Shown here: positions 34,935 to 44,130 of the stretch, one piece after another
Layout: every line of letters starts with the position of its first letter
How positions within the stretch are numbered: position 1 is the stretch's first letter
Virus record (IMG/VR): IMGVR_UViG_3300045988_176028
Length of the DNA stretch: 64,000 nt
Origin: a virus
Strand: one strand, 5' to 3'
Position numbers and translations under genes: made by a program
The notes under the pieces: model-generated
Database searches by the model: none
Seen by the model: the letters and a program-made list of their open reading frames with translations, nothing else
Told to the model about the DNA's origin: nothing

Positions 34935-35649
34935 TGTGGTTTCCTCCTTCGAATGCGTGGGGTTGACTGATTGGTTTCAACGCTCCGAACCGGTCTTCGT
35001 AGAAGCCTTGTCCGGGTAGCAGTTGGAAGCTGTGGTTTGCGAGACGGGTGATGAGATGGCTCGCCTGTTCCCTGTTGGATGGGAGTACATATTCCTCGAT
35101 GGGGGAGTACCCTAAGTGGACGTGACCACTATGGGAGATGACGTTCTTCAAAAGGGAATGCTCCTCCATGGGGAACGTGGATGATACAAGCACCAGATAC
35201 ACGCGCAGTCCGGAGATTCCGGTTTCGACTTCCCGTAGGCGTTCCTCGACGGCACGTAGATAATATCGGTCTTCGGTCTCTATGAGCGTGTCCAAGTCCT
35301 CGAAGACAAGCAGAAGCGGACGTGGGGTCGGGTCTCCTTCCACTCCATGCTTTTCGAGGCATGTTCCACGCCGTCTGATTTCAGCCACCGTCCGGTCAAG
35401 CACCTCCAACGTTTCGGCCTTTGCTTCATAGTCAACCTGACTGACGATGGGGGAGGGGAGCGGCTTGCCCTCGAAGTCGAAACGAATGACCGCATACTGT
35501 GCGGACAAAGCCTGCAACATGATGGAATCCGCAAGCATGGTCTTGCCCGAACCATGATTGCCGCTGATGGTCAGCATGTTCTGATTGCCTTCTTCAGTAC
35601 GCCATTCGACCGGAAGGCCGTGAATATCATCACCTAGAATGAACGACAT
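34927..35649 (-). CDS. Small FtsK-like P-loop ATPase (240 aa), degenerate Walker B
   Basis: Walker A ISGNHGSGKT. Walker B-like PLLLVFEDLD. Overlaps the downstream gene by 8 nt. Confidence 0.65.
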   Translation of the reverse strand: MSFILGDDIHGLPVEWRTEEGNQNMLTISGNHGSGKTMLADSIMLQALSAQYAVIRFDFEGKPLPSPIVSQVDYEAKAETLEVLDRTVAEIRRRGTCLEKHGVEGDPTPRPLLLVFEDLDTLIETEDRYYLRAVEERLREVETGISGLRVYLVLVSSTFPMEEHSLLKNVISHSGHVHLGYSPIEEYVLPSNREQASHLITRLANHSFQLLPGQGFYEDRFGALKPISQPHAFEGGNHNA

Positions 35650-35709
35650 TTTTCTGGAATTCCCCTCCTTTGGGATTGTTGGAAAAGACGAGCCGGAAGA
35701 GCGGGATGA

Positions 35710-38700
35710 TTACCATTCCTCTTCCTCCACGTCCTCGTCCTCGACGTTTTCCGAACCGTTGTTGGAAGTGAAGATTTCCTTGATATCCTCCACGTCGAGC
35801 TTTGTGAACTGTTCCGCAGCTCGCGGCATGTACTGCTGGTAGTCGATGGGTTCCGGGTTCGGAATGTCGGCAACGAGCTTAGCCAGTTCGTCCTGACCGC
35901 CCGAATACCATGTCTGCACGGCCATCAGAGTGCCTTGCATGCTTTCGTACATTCCACGACCGACCGGGATTAGACCATCCTCGTTCTTCAACGACTTCTG
36001 GGTGCGGTTCGCTTCGGAGAGATTCTGGGCGCTGACCACGCCTGCGGGGGAGTCCATTCCCAAGAGGATGCGGCCCAACGAACGGAAGAACGCGTTGCCG
36101 TTGTACTTCTTCATATCGTCCATCGTCAAACGCTGAGCGCCGAAAATGCATCGGATGCCAGCGGTACGACCCTGCACGATAATCTTGCTCAACGCGCTCA
36201 TCGTCCGGGCGATGGAAGCGTTCGTGGCGGACACGGCGGCATTGTCGTTGGCAATCTGCATGTCCTTCTGAGGATTCTGCGTGGTTTTGCCGGTCTCCTG
36301 CAAGTACGAGTTGAACTCATCGAACAGGATGTTCAACGGTTTCAGATGCTTGCGGTCTGCCTCCTCCACGTCATCCGGATTCAGTTCGAAGATGTTGCCC
36401 ACGCCATACTTGTTGTTGATGCGCACGCGTTCGGCCATCTCCTCACGCGCCCAAGAAATCACAGCCTCCGTCTCACGCAACTGGTACAGGCCGACGAACG
36501 CCAGAGCCTTCGGCTTCGCCCACTGGGTGAAATCGATGCAACCCTTCGACGGGTCGATGAGAATGATGTCCTCGCCTTTCAGCAAAGCCTCCGCAATGAC
36601 AATCTGCGACGCGGACGACTTGCCACTACCGCTCTTACCGCTGATGAGCAGATGTGGCGTGGTCTTCGTATCCCAATACACGGGATTACCCAAATCGTCC
36701 ACGCCAATCGGGAACTTGCGACGGTCGCACTTCTTGGCCGCGTTCCAATCGGCCATGACGCTTGTCGGGAACGGACTCTTCTTCGCCAACACCATGGAGA
36801 AATCCGTGCCGTAGGCTTGGATGATTCGACCATACGGATAATTCGCTTCGGTGAGGAATTTGCCGATATTGTATTGGGGTTTGTCCAAATCCAATCCGCC
36901 CGGAATCTGGAATTTGGCGAGCAGGACTTCCTTGTTGTTCGGAAGCACACCCAACGATTCGACGGTCGGCGTCTTGCCGGAACTGTCCTGAACTCCGGCC
37001 ACACCCCAAGCGTCAGACAAGGCTAGTTGAATGAGTTCCTTTTGGGCGGCTCTAATCTTCCAATGGGACACACTGTCCGGGTCGGTGCCCAAATACGGGT
37101 TGGAGCACAGCCAGACGGTCGCACGGTCCGCCGACTGCCAATCCCAATACACTCGTTCGGAACCGACGGCGGCACTGATGTTCGCGCTTTTCCTGCGCAC
37201 GTCGGCAACGGTTCCGCCACGTCCCAAATGGAATCCGATACGCCAGATGGCCGTGTCCTTGCCCATCTGCTGACAGGAGTCGATGACCACTTCCGCACGG
37301 GATGGCATCACGTCCATGAGCGCCTTGTAGATGAGCGCCTGAGCGTAACGACGGTATTCCGGACGGGAACCGGTCAGACGGTCGATTCTCAAAGGGGCGT
37401 TGTCCGCCATGACCAGCGAGGTGATGCCGTTTTCCTCGATGAGTCCGACGAAATCCTTGGACGGGTCTAGACTCGATAGGTCGTAGCGCATGAAGTCGGA
37501 CGTGCGGTCTGGTGCCGTCAGCATTTCCGGCATGAACGAGATAGACCAGCCCTCACTGGTTTCGGCAATCTTCTCTTCGTCGTAATTGCAGACGGGAAGA
37601 TTCAGTTTCGAGCCGACGATATCCTGCCAAGCCTTCTGGTCTTGCTTGAACCGGCGGGACAGCTCGATATACCGGTTGAACGATTTGCTTTGCGTCAAAC
37701 CCGCCGGACGATACTTGTTGCCCTTGTCGTTCAGTCTCGTTTCGGGTTGTGCGGCGAGCATGAACGAGTTCTCCAAGTCGGAGAAGATAGGCATTTTGAT
37801 GATGTCGGCGGGGCTGAACGGGTTCGCCAGCCATTCCAATCCCAATTGGGTGATGAGAGCGCCACCACTGGGAGGATTGTGCAACAGCATCAGCCATGCC
37901 GCCTCCTCCTCATCGTCTGCGGCGGCGTCGATGACCTGAACGAGCGGCGGACGTTTATGCCATTCGTTCTGAGCGCAATAATCGTAGGCGATGTCGGCAA
38001 CCAGTTGGGCGATTTTTGCTCCGACCTTCTTCTTGGTGATGTCGGGAATGCAGGACTCGTCCTTGCCGTATACGATTCGCACTAGGCTTGGGTCGAACTG
38101 CCAGCCGTTCTCCTTGATGGTTTTGGCGGCGAGCAGGGCTATGAAATTGTATCCGCTGGAAGTGGCGGAGGAGCGCAATGGTTCCACACCGGCCTTCAAT
38201 ACCTTCTCATTGCTTCTTGGGGCGTCATACTGGTCTTGCAAGCGGACGCGCATGACGTGCATCGGATTCTTGCGATGGCCGACCTTCTTGACTTGGGTGA
38301 CGTAGGCTCCTCCCCACATCTTTGCCAAGTCGTCGCTTTTGACCCAACCGTCCAGCATGCGTTGCGCTTTTACAAGTTCACGCCAATATGCGGTCTGCTT
38401 CTTCTTGTCGAATTTCGTCACGAGCGACAGGAACAGAAGTGCGGGAAGACTGAGCGTCGTGGGAATGTCCACGAACCCCAAATATGCGCAAGCTCCCAGT
38501 ATAACAAGAAGAATAACAGCGGAGACGATGGCGGTGGTCTTCTGCGACGGTTTACCTTTTTGCAGGAAGGCGAACACGCTCACACCCTGATAGATATGCC
38601 GACGGTCTACAAGACGGTCACGCCAATGGATGACGCCCATGACCGACATGAAACCGAATATCATGTTGAACGGTATCGTCCACAATCCGCATCCACGACT

Positions 38701-39114
38701 GGCGTACAGGCCGACGAACCAGCCGACCCACCATGAGACCCTATGCACGGCAAGCCAGTCGGACTTGGACATGAGGTCTGTGAATGTCTCGGGGTTCTCA
38801 TCGAACTCGTCGTCCTTTTCGGGACGGGAGTAAGGTTTCAGCCCGGAGAACATATCTTTCCAACGGTAGTAGACGTTGAGTTTCTTCGGGTCTATGGGGT
38901 CTGTCTTACGTGCGGGCGTCGGATAGGTGGCCGTGGTTCCTCCTACGAGGATTCCCAGCCAGATGAACGGCATGAGCGGAAGTCTCAGTAAAGTCCAGAG
39001 GATTACGCCGATGATGATTATGAGTCCACACCAGAAGCCGCTCCAGATATGGGTCGGCTCTTTGCTTCTACTGCGGCTTCGTCCACCGCGATTCTGTGCC
39101 ATCGAGGACTCCAT
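35710..39114 (-). CDS. Membrane-bound FtsK/SpoIIIE-type ATPase, candidate type IV coupling protein (TcpA-like, 1134 aa)
   Basis: Several N-terminal TM helices. Walker A ISGKSGSGKS and Walker B LNILFDEFNSY. The likely true start is the ATG at 39102 (GGAG 8 nt upstream). Confidence 0.8.
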   Translation of the reverse strand: MESSMAQNRGGRSRSRSKEPTHIWSGFWCGLIIIIGVILWTLLRLPLMPFIWLGILVGGTTATYPTPARKTDPIDPKKLNVYYRWKDMFSGLKPYSRPEKDDEFDENPETFTDLMSKSDWLAVHRVSWWVGWFVGLYASRGCGLWTIPFNMIFGFMSVMGVIHWRDRLVDRRHIYQGVSVFAFLQKGKPSQKTTAIVSAVILLVILGACAYLGFVDIPTTLSLPALLFLSLVTKFDKKKQTAYWRELVKAQRMLDGWVKSDDLAKMWGGAYVTQVKKVGHRKNPMHVMRVRLQDQYDAPRSNEKVLKAGVEPLRSSATSSGYNFIALLAAKTIKENGWQFDPSLVRIVYGKDESCIPDITKKKVGAKIAQLVADIAYDYCAQNEWHKRPPLVQVIDAAADDEEEAAWLMLLHNPPSGGALITQLGLEWLANPFSPADIIKMPIFSDLENSFMLAAQPETRLNDKGNKYRPAGLTQSKSFNRYIELSRRFKQDQKAWQDIVGSKLNLPVCNYDEEKIAETSEGWSISFMPEMLTAPDRTSDFMRYDLSSLDPSKDFVGLIEENGITSLVMADNAPLRIDRLTGSRPEYRRYAQALIYKALMDVMPSRAEVVIDSCQQMGKDTAIWRIGFHLGRGGTVADVRRKSANISAAVGSERVYWDWQSADRATVWLCSNPYLGTDPDSVSHWKIRAAQKELIQLALSDAWGVAGVQDSSGKTPTVESLGVLPNNKEVLLAKFQIPGGLDLDKPQYNIGKFLTEANYPYGRIIQAYGTDFSMVLAKKSPFPTSVMADWNAAKKCDRRKFPIGVDDLGNPVYWDTKTTPHLLISGKSGSGKSSASQIVIAEALLKGEDIILIDPSKGCIDFTQWAKPKALAFVGLYQLRETEAVISWAREEMAERVRINNKYGVGNIFELNPDDVEEADRKHLKPLNILFDEFNSYLQETGKTTQNPQKDMQIANDNAAVSATNASIARTMSALSKIIVQGRTAGIRCIFGAQRLTMDDMKKYNGNAFFRSLGRILLGMDSPAGVVSAQNLSEANRTQKSLKNEDGLIPVGRGMYESMQGTLMAVQTWYSGGQDELAKLVADIPNPEPIDYQQYMPRAAEQFTKLDVEDIKEIFTSNNGSENVEDEDVEEEEW

Positions 39115-39287
39115 TCATTATCTGTTTTTTGAATGTCGGAAATCTATTAACGACACTAATGGACTGTTTGTTGTAAACCTTTTGAAAACAGGAAAATTGT
39201 TTGGGGGAGTTTGGGGCTGGTTGGGGTGTTTTCTTGGCGTGTCGTCGTCTTGGGTGGCGAGTTATTGTAGAAAGTTTAGGTTCGTGC

Positions 39288-39306
39288 TATACTGAGAATG
39301 TCCACA
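39288..39306 (+). promoter_or_regulatory. Box promoter variant on + strand (TATACTGAGAATGTCCACA) with TTGTAG -35 17 nt upstream
   Basis: TTGTAG (39265-39270), 17-nt spacer, then TATACT (39288-39293), then GAGAA-TGTCCACA. Lies 70 nt before the ATG at 39363. Confidence 0.6.
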
Positions 39307-39362
39307 AAAAAGAGTCGCCATAAGGAAACAAATTATGACCTAAAGAAAAAGGAGAAAACAAA

Positions 39363-39830
39363 ATGGCAACGCTACTTATCTCGATTGGCACGTTCATCGT
39401 CTACTCGATTTGCGTCATCGTCCTCGCAATCGGAGGACTGTCCATGACCAGTGCAGGACAGACGTTCGAAACGATGTTCAACAACTTCTTCGGAACAGTC
39501 ATCCCCTCAATCGCCGTCGGAGCATTCGACATCTTCACGTTCCTCATCTTCGTTGCCATCCTCCAAACCATCATCTGGTGCTTCCGAATCGAATTCCATG
39601 AGGGCAAACTGCGTGATATCCCCATCGACTGCGTGCTCATGGCAATCGTTCCAATGCTCTACGTTCACTGGAACCCCGGAGATAATTTCTGCCTCCTGCT
39701 CGCACTTATCGGATACCTCATCCCCACGGGTGTCATGTGGATGAACACCATCCTGCTTCGCCTCGGAAAGAACGGGTTGGATGGAAGGGAATCCCAGTAC
39801 AAGAAGGCCGACGGCAGGGTTTCTCGCTAA
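39363..39830 (+). CDS. Integral membrane protein (155 aa, about 4 TM)
   Basis: Four hydrophobic segments and an AAGGAGAAAA SD. Sits inside the T4SS cluster, so it could be a small channel subunit, but no motif supports that. Confidence 0.65.
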   Translation: MATLLISIGTFIVYSICVIVLAIGGLSMTSAGQTFETMFNNFFGTVIPSIAVGAFDIFTFLIFVAILQTIIWCFRIEFHEGKLRDIPIDCVLMAIVPMLYVHWNPGDNFCLLLALIGYLIPTGVMWMNTILLRLGKNGLDGRESQYKKADGRVSR

Positions 39831-39885
39831 GATTCTTCTAGATGTTCGAACACCCGTCCGAACTTCCTAGCAAAAGGCTGAACTC

Positions 39886-40881
39886 ATGTCCCACAACAAA
39901 AAAACCATCACCATAATCACAGCAGTCGTCCTAGTGTTGGCGCTCGTCATCGGATGGTGCGCATGGCGCAAGCACGTCACGTCCACCAAAGAGACCCAAG
40001 CCAGTGCCAACACCAGCTCCTCCAGCTCCACCAACAAGGCCAAAAAGAAAACCCCAGTCTTGTCCGACAAACAAAAGGAACAGAACAAGACCATCGCCCT
40101 CCAAATGGAAAAAGACATGCGCAATTGGGGAGTGGACTCGCTCGCAGACCCACACCAGTGGGCCAAACAGCCAGCCGACCAAGTATTGGCCGCATTAAGA
40201 ACACCAGACAATATCGAGACTCCGGCGGACATGCCCACCTCCATGAAAATCAATCAAGGATGGGGAGGCAACGCCCCCTCCTACGTGTGCAACACCTCCG
40301 ACTACCAGTCCTTATGCGACACCATGCCCACTTCCCAAGCATGGTGGAAGAACGAAGTATGGGGCACCGGAGCCAGATGGGTCAAAGACCCGACGGCCAC
40401 AGTGCTCGAAAACGGCAAGGTAAGAGTCAAAGGCAAGGTTCGTTCCATCCTCGTCACTAGCGGCGACACTTATTCTATGGGCGGCTACAATGCGCTCACC
40501 CCGGCATGGCGGGATTATCAGATTGACGACATCCTCACCATCAAAAATGGAAAGGTCTCCGACATCGAATATGTAGGAAACCAGAATTGGTGGATTAACC
40601 CGTTCCTGACCGCATGGACTCCCGACCGGGTGGCCGACAGTATCGGTGAGGGCAACAGAATCGCCATTCCAGTTTCAGGCGCATTAAATTGGAATGGTAT
40701 GAATCCAACCGGCATCACCCGCGTACTGAACGCGCCCACCAGCATGGGAGGCATGGATGGAAAAGTCGATTGGAGCATGTGGGACGATTTGATTCAGGCC
40801 GGAAACACAGCCAACGGTCAGCAACAGGCACCAGACCTTGACCCGGCGAAGGATGCGGCCACCATCCACGACAGAGAATAG
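39886..40881 (+). CDS. Membrane-anchored extracytoplasmic protein (331 aa)
   Basis: Single N-terminal TM (ITIITAVVLVLALVIGWCAW), an S/K-rich linker and a W-rich globular domain. Confidence 0.7.
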   Translation: MSHNKKTITIITAVVLVLALVIGWCAWRKHVTSTKETQASANTSSSSSTNKAKKKTPVLSDKQKEQNKTIALQMEKDMRNWGVDSLADPHQWAKQPADQVLAALRTPDNIETPADMPTSMKINQGWGGNAPSYVCNTSDYQSLCDTMPTSQAWWKNEVWGTGARWVKDPTATVLENGKVRVKGKVRSILVTSGDTYSMGGYNALTPAWRDYQIDDILTIKNGKVSDIEYVGNQNWWINPFLTAWTPDRVADSIGEGNRIAIPVSGALNWNGMNPTGITRVLNAPTSMGGMDGKVDWSMWDDLIQAGNTANGQQQAPDLDPAKDAATIHDRE

Positions 40882-40893
40882 TGCATTACACAA

Positions 40894-40931
40894 GCAAAAA
40901 GAGAAGGAATCTACATTCCTTCTCTTTTTGC
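40894..40931. terminator. Bidirectional hairpin terminator (17-bp perfect stem)
   Basis: GCAAAAAGAGAAGGAAT-ctac-ATTCCTTCTCTTTTTGC, between convergent genes. Confidence 0.8.
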
Positions 40932-40942
40932 TATAACTCAAA

Positions 40943-43276
40943 CTACTTCTTCCAGTTGGAATTACGGAAGAATTGGCAGTCAGTGCTGGAAAGCTGGGAT
41001 TTCGTCAGCCATCGAGAACCATAGGAGGAGAACGACGCGGAACCATCACGGTTGCCTTCACTAATACGAATCTTCCAACCGGACGGGTCGGAGGACACTT
41101 CCTCAACCACGGCCACGTGACCACAATCACCACCACCGGCGAACGGGCTACCACGACCTGATATACCGTCACCGGGTTTAGGGTTCCCATCGACCGTCCA
41201 ACCGGATTGGCCTTTCAAATTGTTGGCGATGTCACCACCGTTACCCATAACCCAAGACCAGCCTTCGTTGCCGTGAATCATGGCAAGACGGTTCCATGCA
41301 TACCAGACGCACTGATGACCATATTCCAAATGCGGGTAGAACACACCAGCGTCAGACGCGCTACAAATCTTCTGATTGCCCGAACACATCCAAGAAAAGT
41401 CCCCATCCTTGGTAGGCGCACCGCCGACGGAACCATACGAAGTACTACCGCTATCGTCACTCACAGGGCACGTGGTGTTCGCGTCGGAATCGTCTGAGGA
41501 ACCGCTTGAGGAACCACCCGTGTCAGCCGGGGGAGCGGAATCAAACTGCACTTCTGACGATGGCGGGAACTTGTTTGTCTGCTTGATGTAAGCAATGAAC
41601 TGTTGTGTCACACCCCAAACGGTCGAGACGTAATTATTGTCCGTGGCATATCCGGCATTCTTTAACTCCTGAATGTACGCGTGAGGGTCGGTACGCTTCT
41701 GCAATGCCGTCGCATAACGGGAATTCTCGGTGATGAACTTGCCATAACCGGCGAAACCATCCTCGTCGGAATCGTAGACCGCGAAATCACCGGTCGTATC
41801 GTAACATCCACCTTGATTGCATTCCTTGGTGGCAAGCTTGACCGACTTTTGACCATTGACCGCCTTGATGCCAAAGAAGTTATGATATTTGGTCGTCAGA
41901 TTGGAAGCGCCCCAAGCGCTTTCCACTGCGGACTGTCCAAGAATCGCCTCATATGGGATACCGTACTTCTTGCCAATGTCAAATGCGGCCTGACCATACT
42001 TATCCGTATATGCTTGAACGGAATTGGTTACTGTCACATTGGCCGACGTGGTATCGGTGGTTCCGTCCGTATCGTCGGATTGTGTGCAACATTGGGAACT
42101 GTCATCATCGGAGTCTCCACTCTTGCCGTTGAAGGAGATGTCGTTCAATCCTTTGTCGTAATAGTTCTTGGCTACCTGTTTTCGGTTATCCTCATTACGG
42201 GATGCCCAATTTGGCCTTTCCCATCCGGCCATCCATGCGACTGCGGCCACTTCCGGGTCGCTGGCTTCATGCCAAGTATCATACAGACTGTCGTTCTTGA
42301 CGGTTATCTCGGCCTTGGCTTCCGACAAGTAATGATTGTTGAAGGAGCTTTTCGCGGTTGCCACAAGCATTTTTATCTGCCCGTCCTCGTCCGAATCAGG
42401 CGTGCCCTCCAGTCCGTTGGCGTCCATCCAAGTGCGGATTTTGCTTCGGGGAGTCCATTGTCCGAGACCGTATCCATTGTCGGGGCTGCTTCTGTCCGCT
42501 ACGAAACCGGATTCGGCATACACATTGCCCAATACTCCAGCCGTGGCCGCTTTGGAGAATCCTGCTGACGCGAACGCCTTGGCGATTTTGATTGCTACAT
42601 CATTGGTTTTGAAATCAGAAGATGAACTGGAGCTACTGGAGTCCGAAGAGGAGGAGTCGGAGGAGCTGGACGCGGAAGAGTCGGAAAGACGATAGTAGGA
42701 AGTGTATTTACCGCCACCGTAATCAAACGGGACTTCCGACACCTCGTCCCCCTTGCTGTCACCATCCTTGCCATCGGTATCCTCGTGAGCGCCAACGGTC
42801 TTATTATCCCCGATATAGATTTCCGTATGGCCGTCCCGCCATACAACATCACCTTTCTGGAGCTTGTCTGCGGAACCATCGAAGTCGGTTTTGGTGAAAC
42901 CGGCCTTGCTCATCGGGTCATCCATACTGGACGTATTAAATGGGGAGTCGCCCAGATTCTTGACGCCCCCCTTTGTCAGCGCATAGTAGACGAAACTCGA
43001 ACAGTCAACATCAGGATTGAGTTTTCGTTTCGACTGGCTATAGCCGATTTTGTCGTCCTTAGCCATTTCCTCGGCCTTGGCTATGTACTTGTCTATGAGA
43101 CTGTTCCCACTGTCCGAACTGCTTTGGGCAGAGGTCTTCTTGCATCCGTTGGAGCGAATGGACATCATGGTCGTATCGGACACGGTACTCATACTGGTCA
43201 CGCCGACCGCTATCATCATGTCGAAGAGGAGTAGGCCAGCCATCCCCGTCGCCGCCATTTTTCCAAAACTTTGCAC
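40943..43276 (-). CDS. Multidomain peptidoglycan hydrolase (777 aa): NlpC/P60-like + tail-lysozyme-like + glucosaminidase + CHAP
   Basis: DCSSFVYYAL...GHTEIYIG (NlpC/P60). AATAGVLGNVYAESGF...GYGLGQW (phage-tail-lysozyme-like). AILGQSAVESAWGAS...FFGIKA (glucosaminidase). QCVWYAWNR...GHVAVVEEV (CHAP). N-terminal TM/signal and Ser-rich linkers. Confidence 0.85.
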   Translation of the reverse strand: MQSFGKMAATGMAGLLLFDMMIAVGVTSMSTVSDTTMMSIRSNGCKKTSAQSSSDSGNSLIDKYIAKAEEMAKDDKIGYSQSKRKLNPDVDCSSFVYYALTKGGVKNLGDSPFNTSSMDDPMSKAGFTKTDFDGSADKLQKGDVVWRDGHTEIYIGDNKTVGAHEDTDGKDGDSKGDEVSEVPFDYGGGKYTSYYRLSDSSASSSSDSSSSDSSSSSSSSDFKTNDVAIKIAKAFASAGFSKAATAGVLGNVYAESGFVADRSSPDNGYGLGQWTPRSKIRTWMDANGLEGTPDSDEDGQIKMLVATAKSSFNNHYLSEAKAEITVKNDSLYDTWHEASDPEVAAVAWMAGWERPNWASRNEDNRKQVAKNYYDKGLNDISFNGKSGDSDDDSSQCCTQSDDTDGTTDTTSANVTVTNSVQAYTDKYGQAAFDIGKKYGIPYEAILGQSAVESAWGASNLTTKYHNFFGIKAVNGQKSVKLATKECNQGGCYDTTGDFAVYDSDEDGFAGYGKFITENSRYATALQKRTDPHAYIQELKNAGYATDNNYVSTVWGVTQQFIAYIKQTNKFPPSSEVQFDSAPPADTGGSSSGSSDDSDANTTCPVSDDSGSTSYGSVGGAPTKDGDFSWMCSGNQKICSASDAGVFYPHLEYGHQCVWYAWNRLAMIHGNEGWSWVMGNGGDIANNLKGQSGWTVDGNPKPGDGISGRGSPFAGGGDCGHVAVVEEVSSDPSGWKIRISEGNRDGSASFSSYGSRWLTKSQLSSTDCQFFRNSNWKK

Positions 43277-43290
43277 TGTACCCGCCTTAC

Positions 43291-43327
43291 AAAAAACTTG
43301 GAAGAGATTTTTGCCATCTCTTCCAAG
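43291..43327 (-). terminator. Strong rho-independent terminator inside the T4SS cluster
   Basis: 12-bp perfect stem CTTGGAAGAGAT/ATCTCTTCCAAG followed on the minus strand by TTTTTT. Sits between 43360-44130 and the hydrolase gene. Confidence 0.7.
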
Positions 43328-43359
43328 TTAACAGAATTTTTTAGGTAAGGGGAGGGAAA

Positions 43360-44130
43360 TCAGTGGAATGGTTCGAATGGTATGCTGAACACCATATTGT
43401 AAAGGTCTTCCACATCGCCCGCCGCGGTCTGCGCGTCGGATAGAATCTGTTGCGGTTCCCGTTCCTCCCCCCAAAGGTCGAACAGGTTCACGACCGTATC
43501 GACTTCCTTCTCGCTTTTACTGTTGATGGCGAAACCCAATAGTCGGCCACGATTAAGGTCGGACAATGGTTTGCTGATTTCCTTAGACCATTCGCAAGCG
43601 GTTTTCCACGCGTCATCGTCCATCGTATAATCTCCGTCCACACCATAGGTGAGCAGGTCTCCTTCGGTGCTTTCCTGAGCAATGTCATGGATGACGAACA
43701 TGTATTCGATGGCGAGGAGATACTCGTCCAGACTGATTTCGTCCGCATTCCAGTCATGGTTCGTCGGGAAATGCAGATACGGGTAACGGTTCACTGTCTC
43801 ATTGCCGATTTTGTCTCCCTCATGGAGCAGTGCCACGGGGAGTGTGAAGATAGGCGACAGGTAGACCCTTCCCTCGACCCCACCGTACTGGTCGTTCTCC
43901 GGAATGGCGATAATCTGCTTCATCGAATTGACGATACGATTCACATACTTGGTGGGCCGTTCCAACAGCAACGGTCTTCCACTGGAGAAGCCTTGGAAAG
44001 ACATCACATCATATTTTTCAACGACCGGCGTGGTGTCGAACGTCGGCGGAGACAATGGTGTGATGTTCTGCTCATCCTCCGTCTTATGGGGCGTCGGACG
44101 GTTCTCTCCGAAGAAATCCTTGTAACTCAC
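43360..44130 (-). CDS. Hypothetical protein (256 aa), T4SS-cluster associated
   Basis: Intact ORF overlapping the VirB4-like gene stop by 4 nt (coupled). Confidence 0.65.
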   Translation of the reverse strand: MSYKDFFGENRPTPHKTEDEQNITPLSPPTFDTTPVVEKYDVMSFQGFSSGRPLLLERPTKYVNRIVNSMKQIIAIPENDQYGGVEGRVYLSPIFTLPVALLHEGDKIGNETVNRYPYLHFPTNHDWNADEISLDEYLLAIEYMFVIHDIAQESTEGDLLTYGVDGDYTMDDDAWKTACEWSKEISKPLSDLNRGRLLGFAINSKSEKEVDTVVNLFDLWGEEREPQQILSDAQTAAGDVEDLYNMVFSIPFEPFH

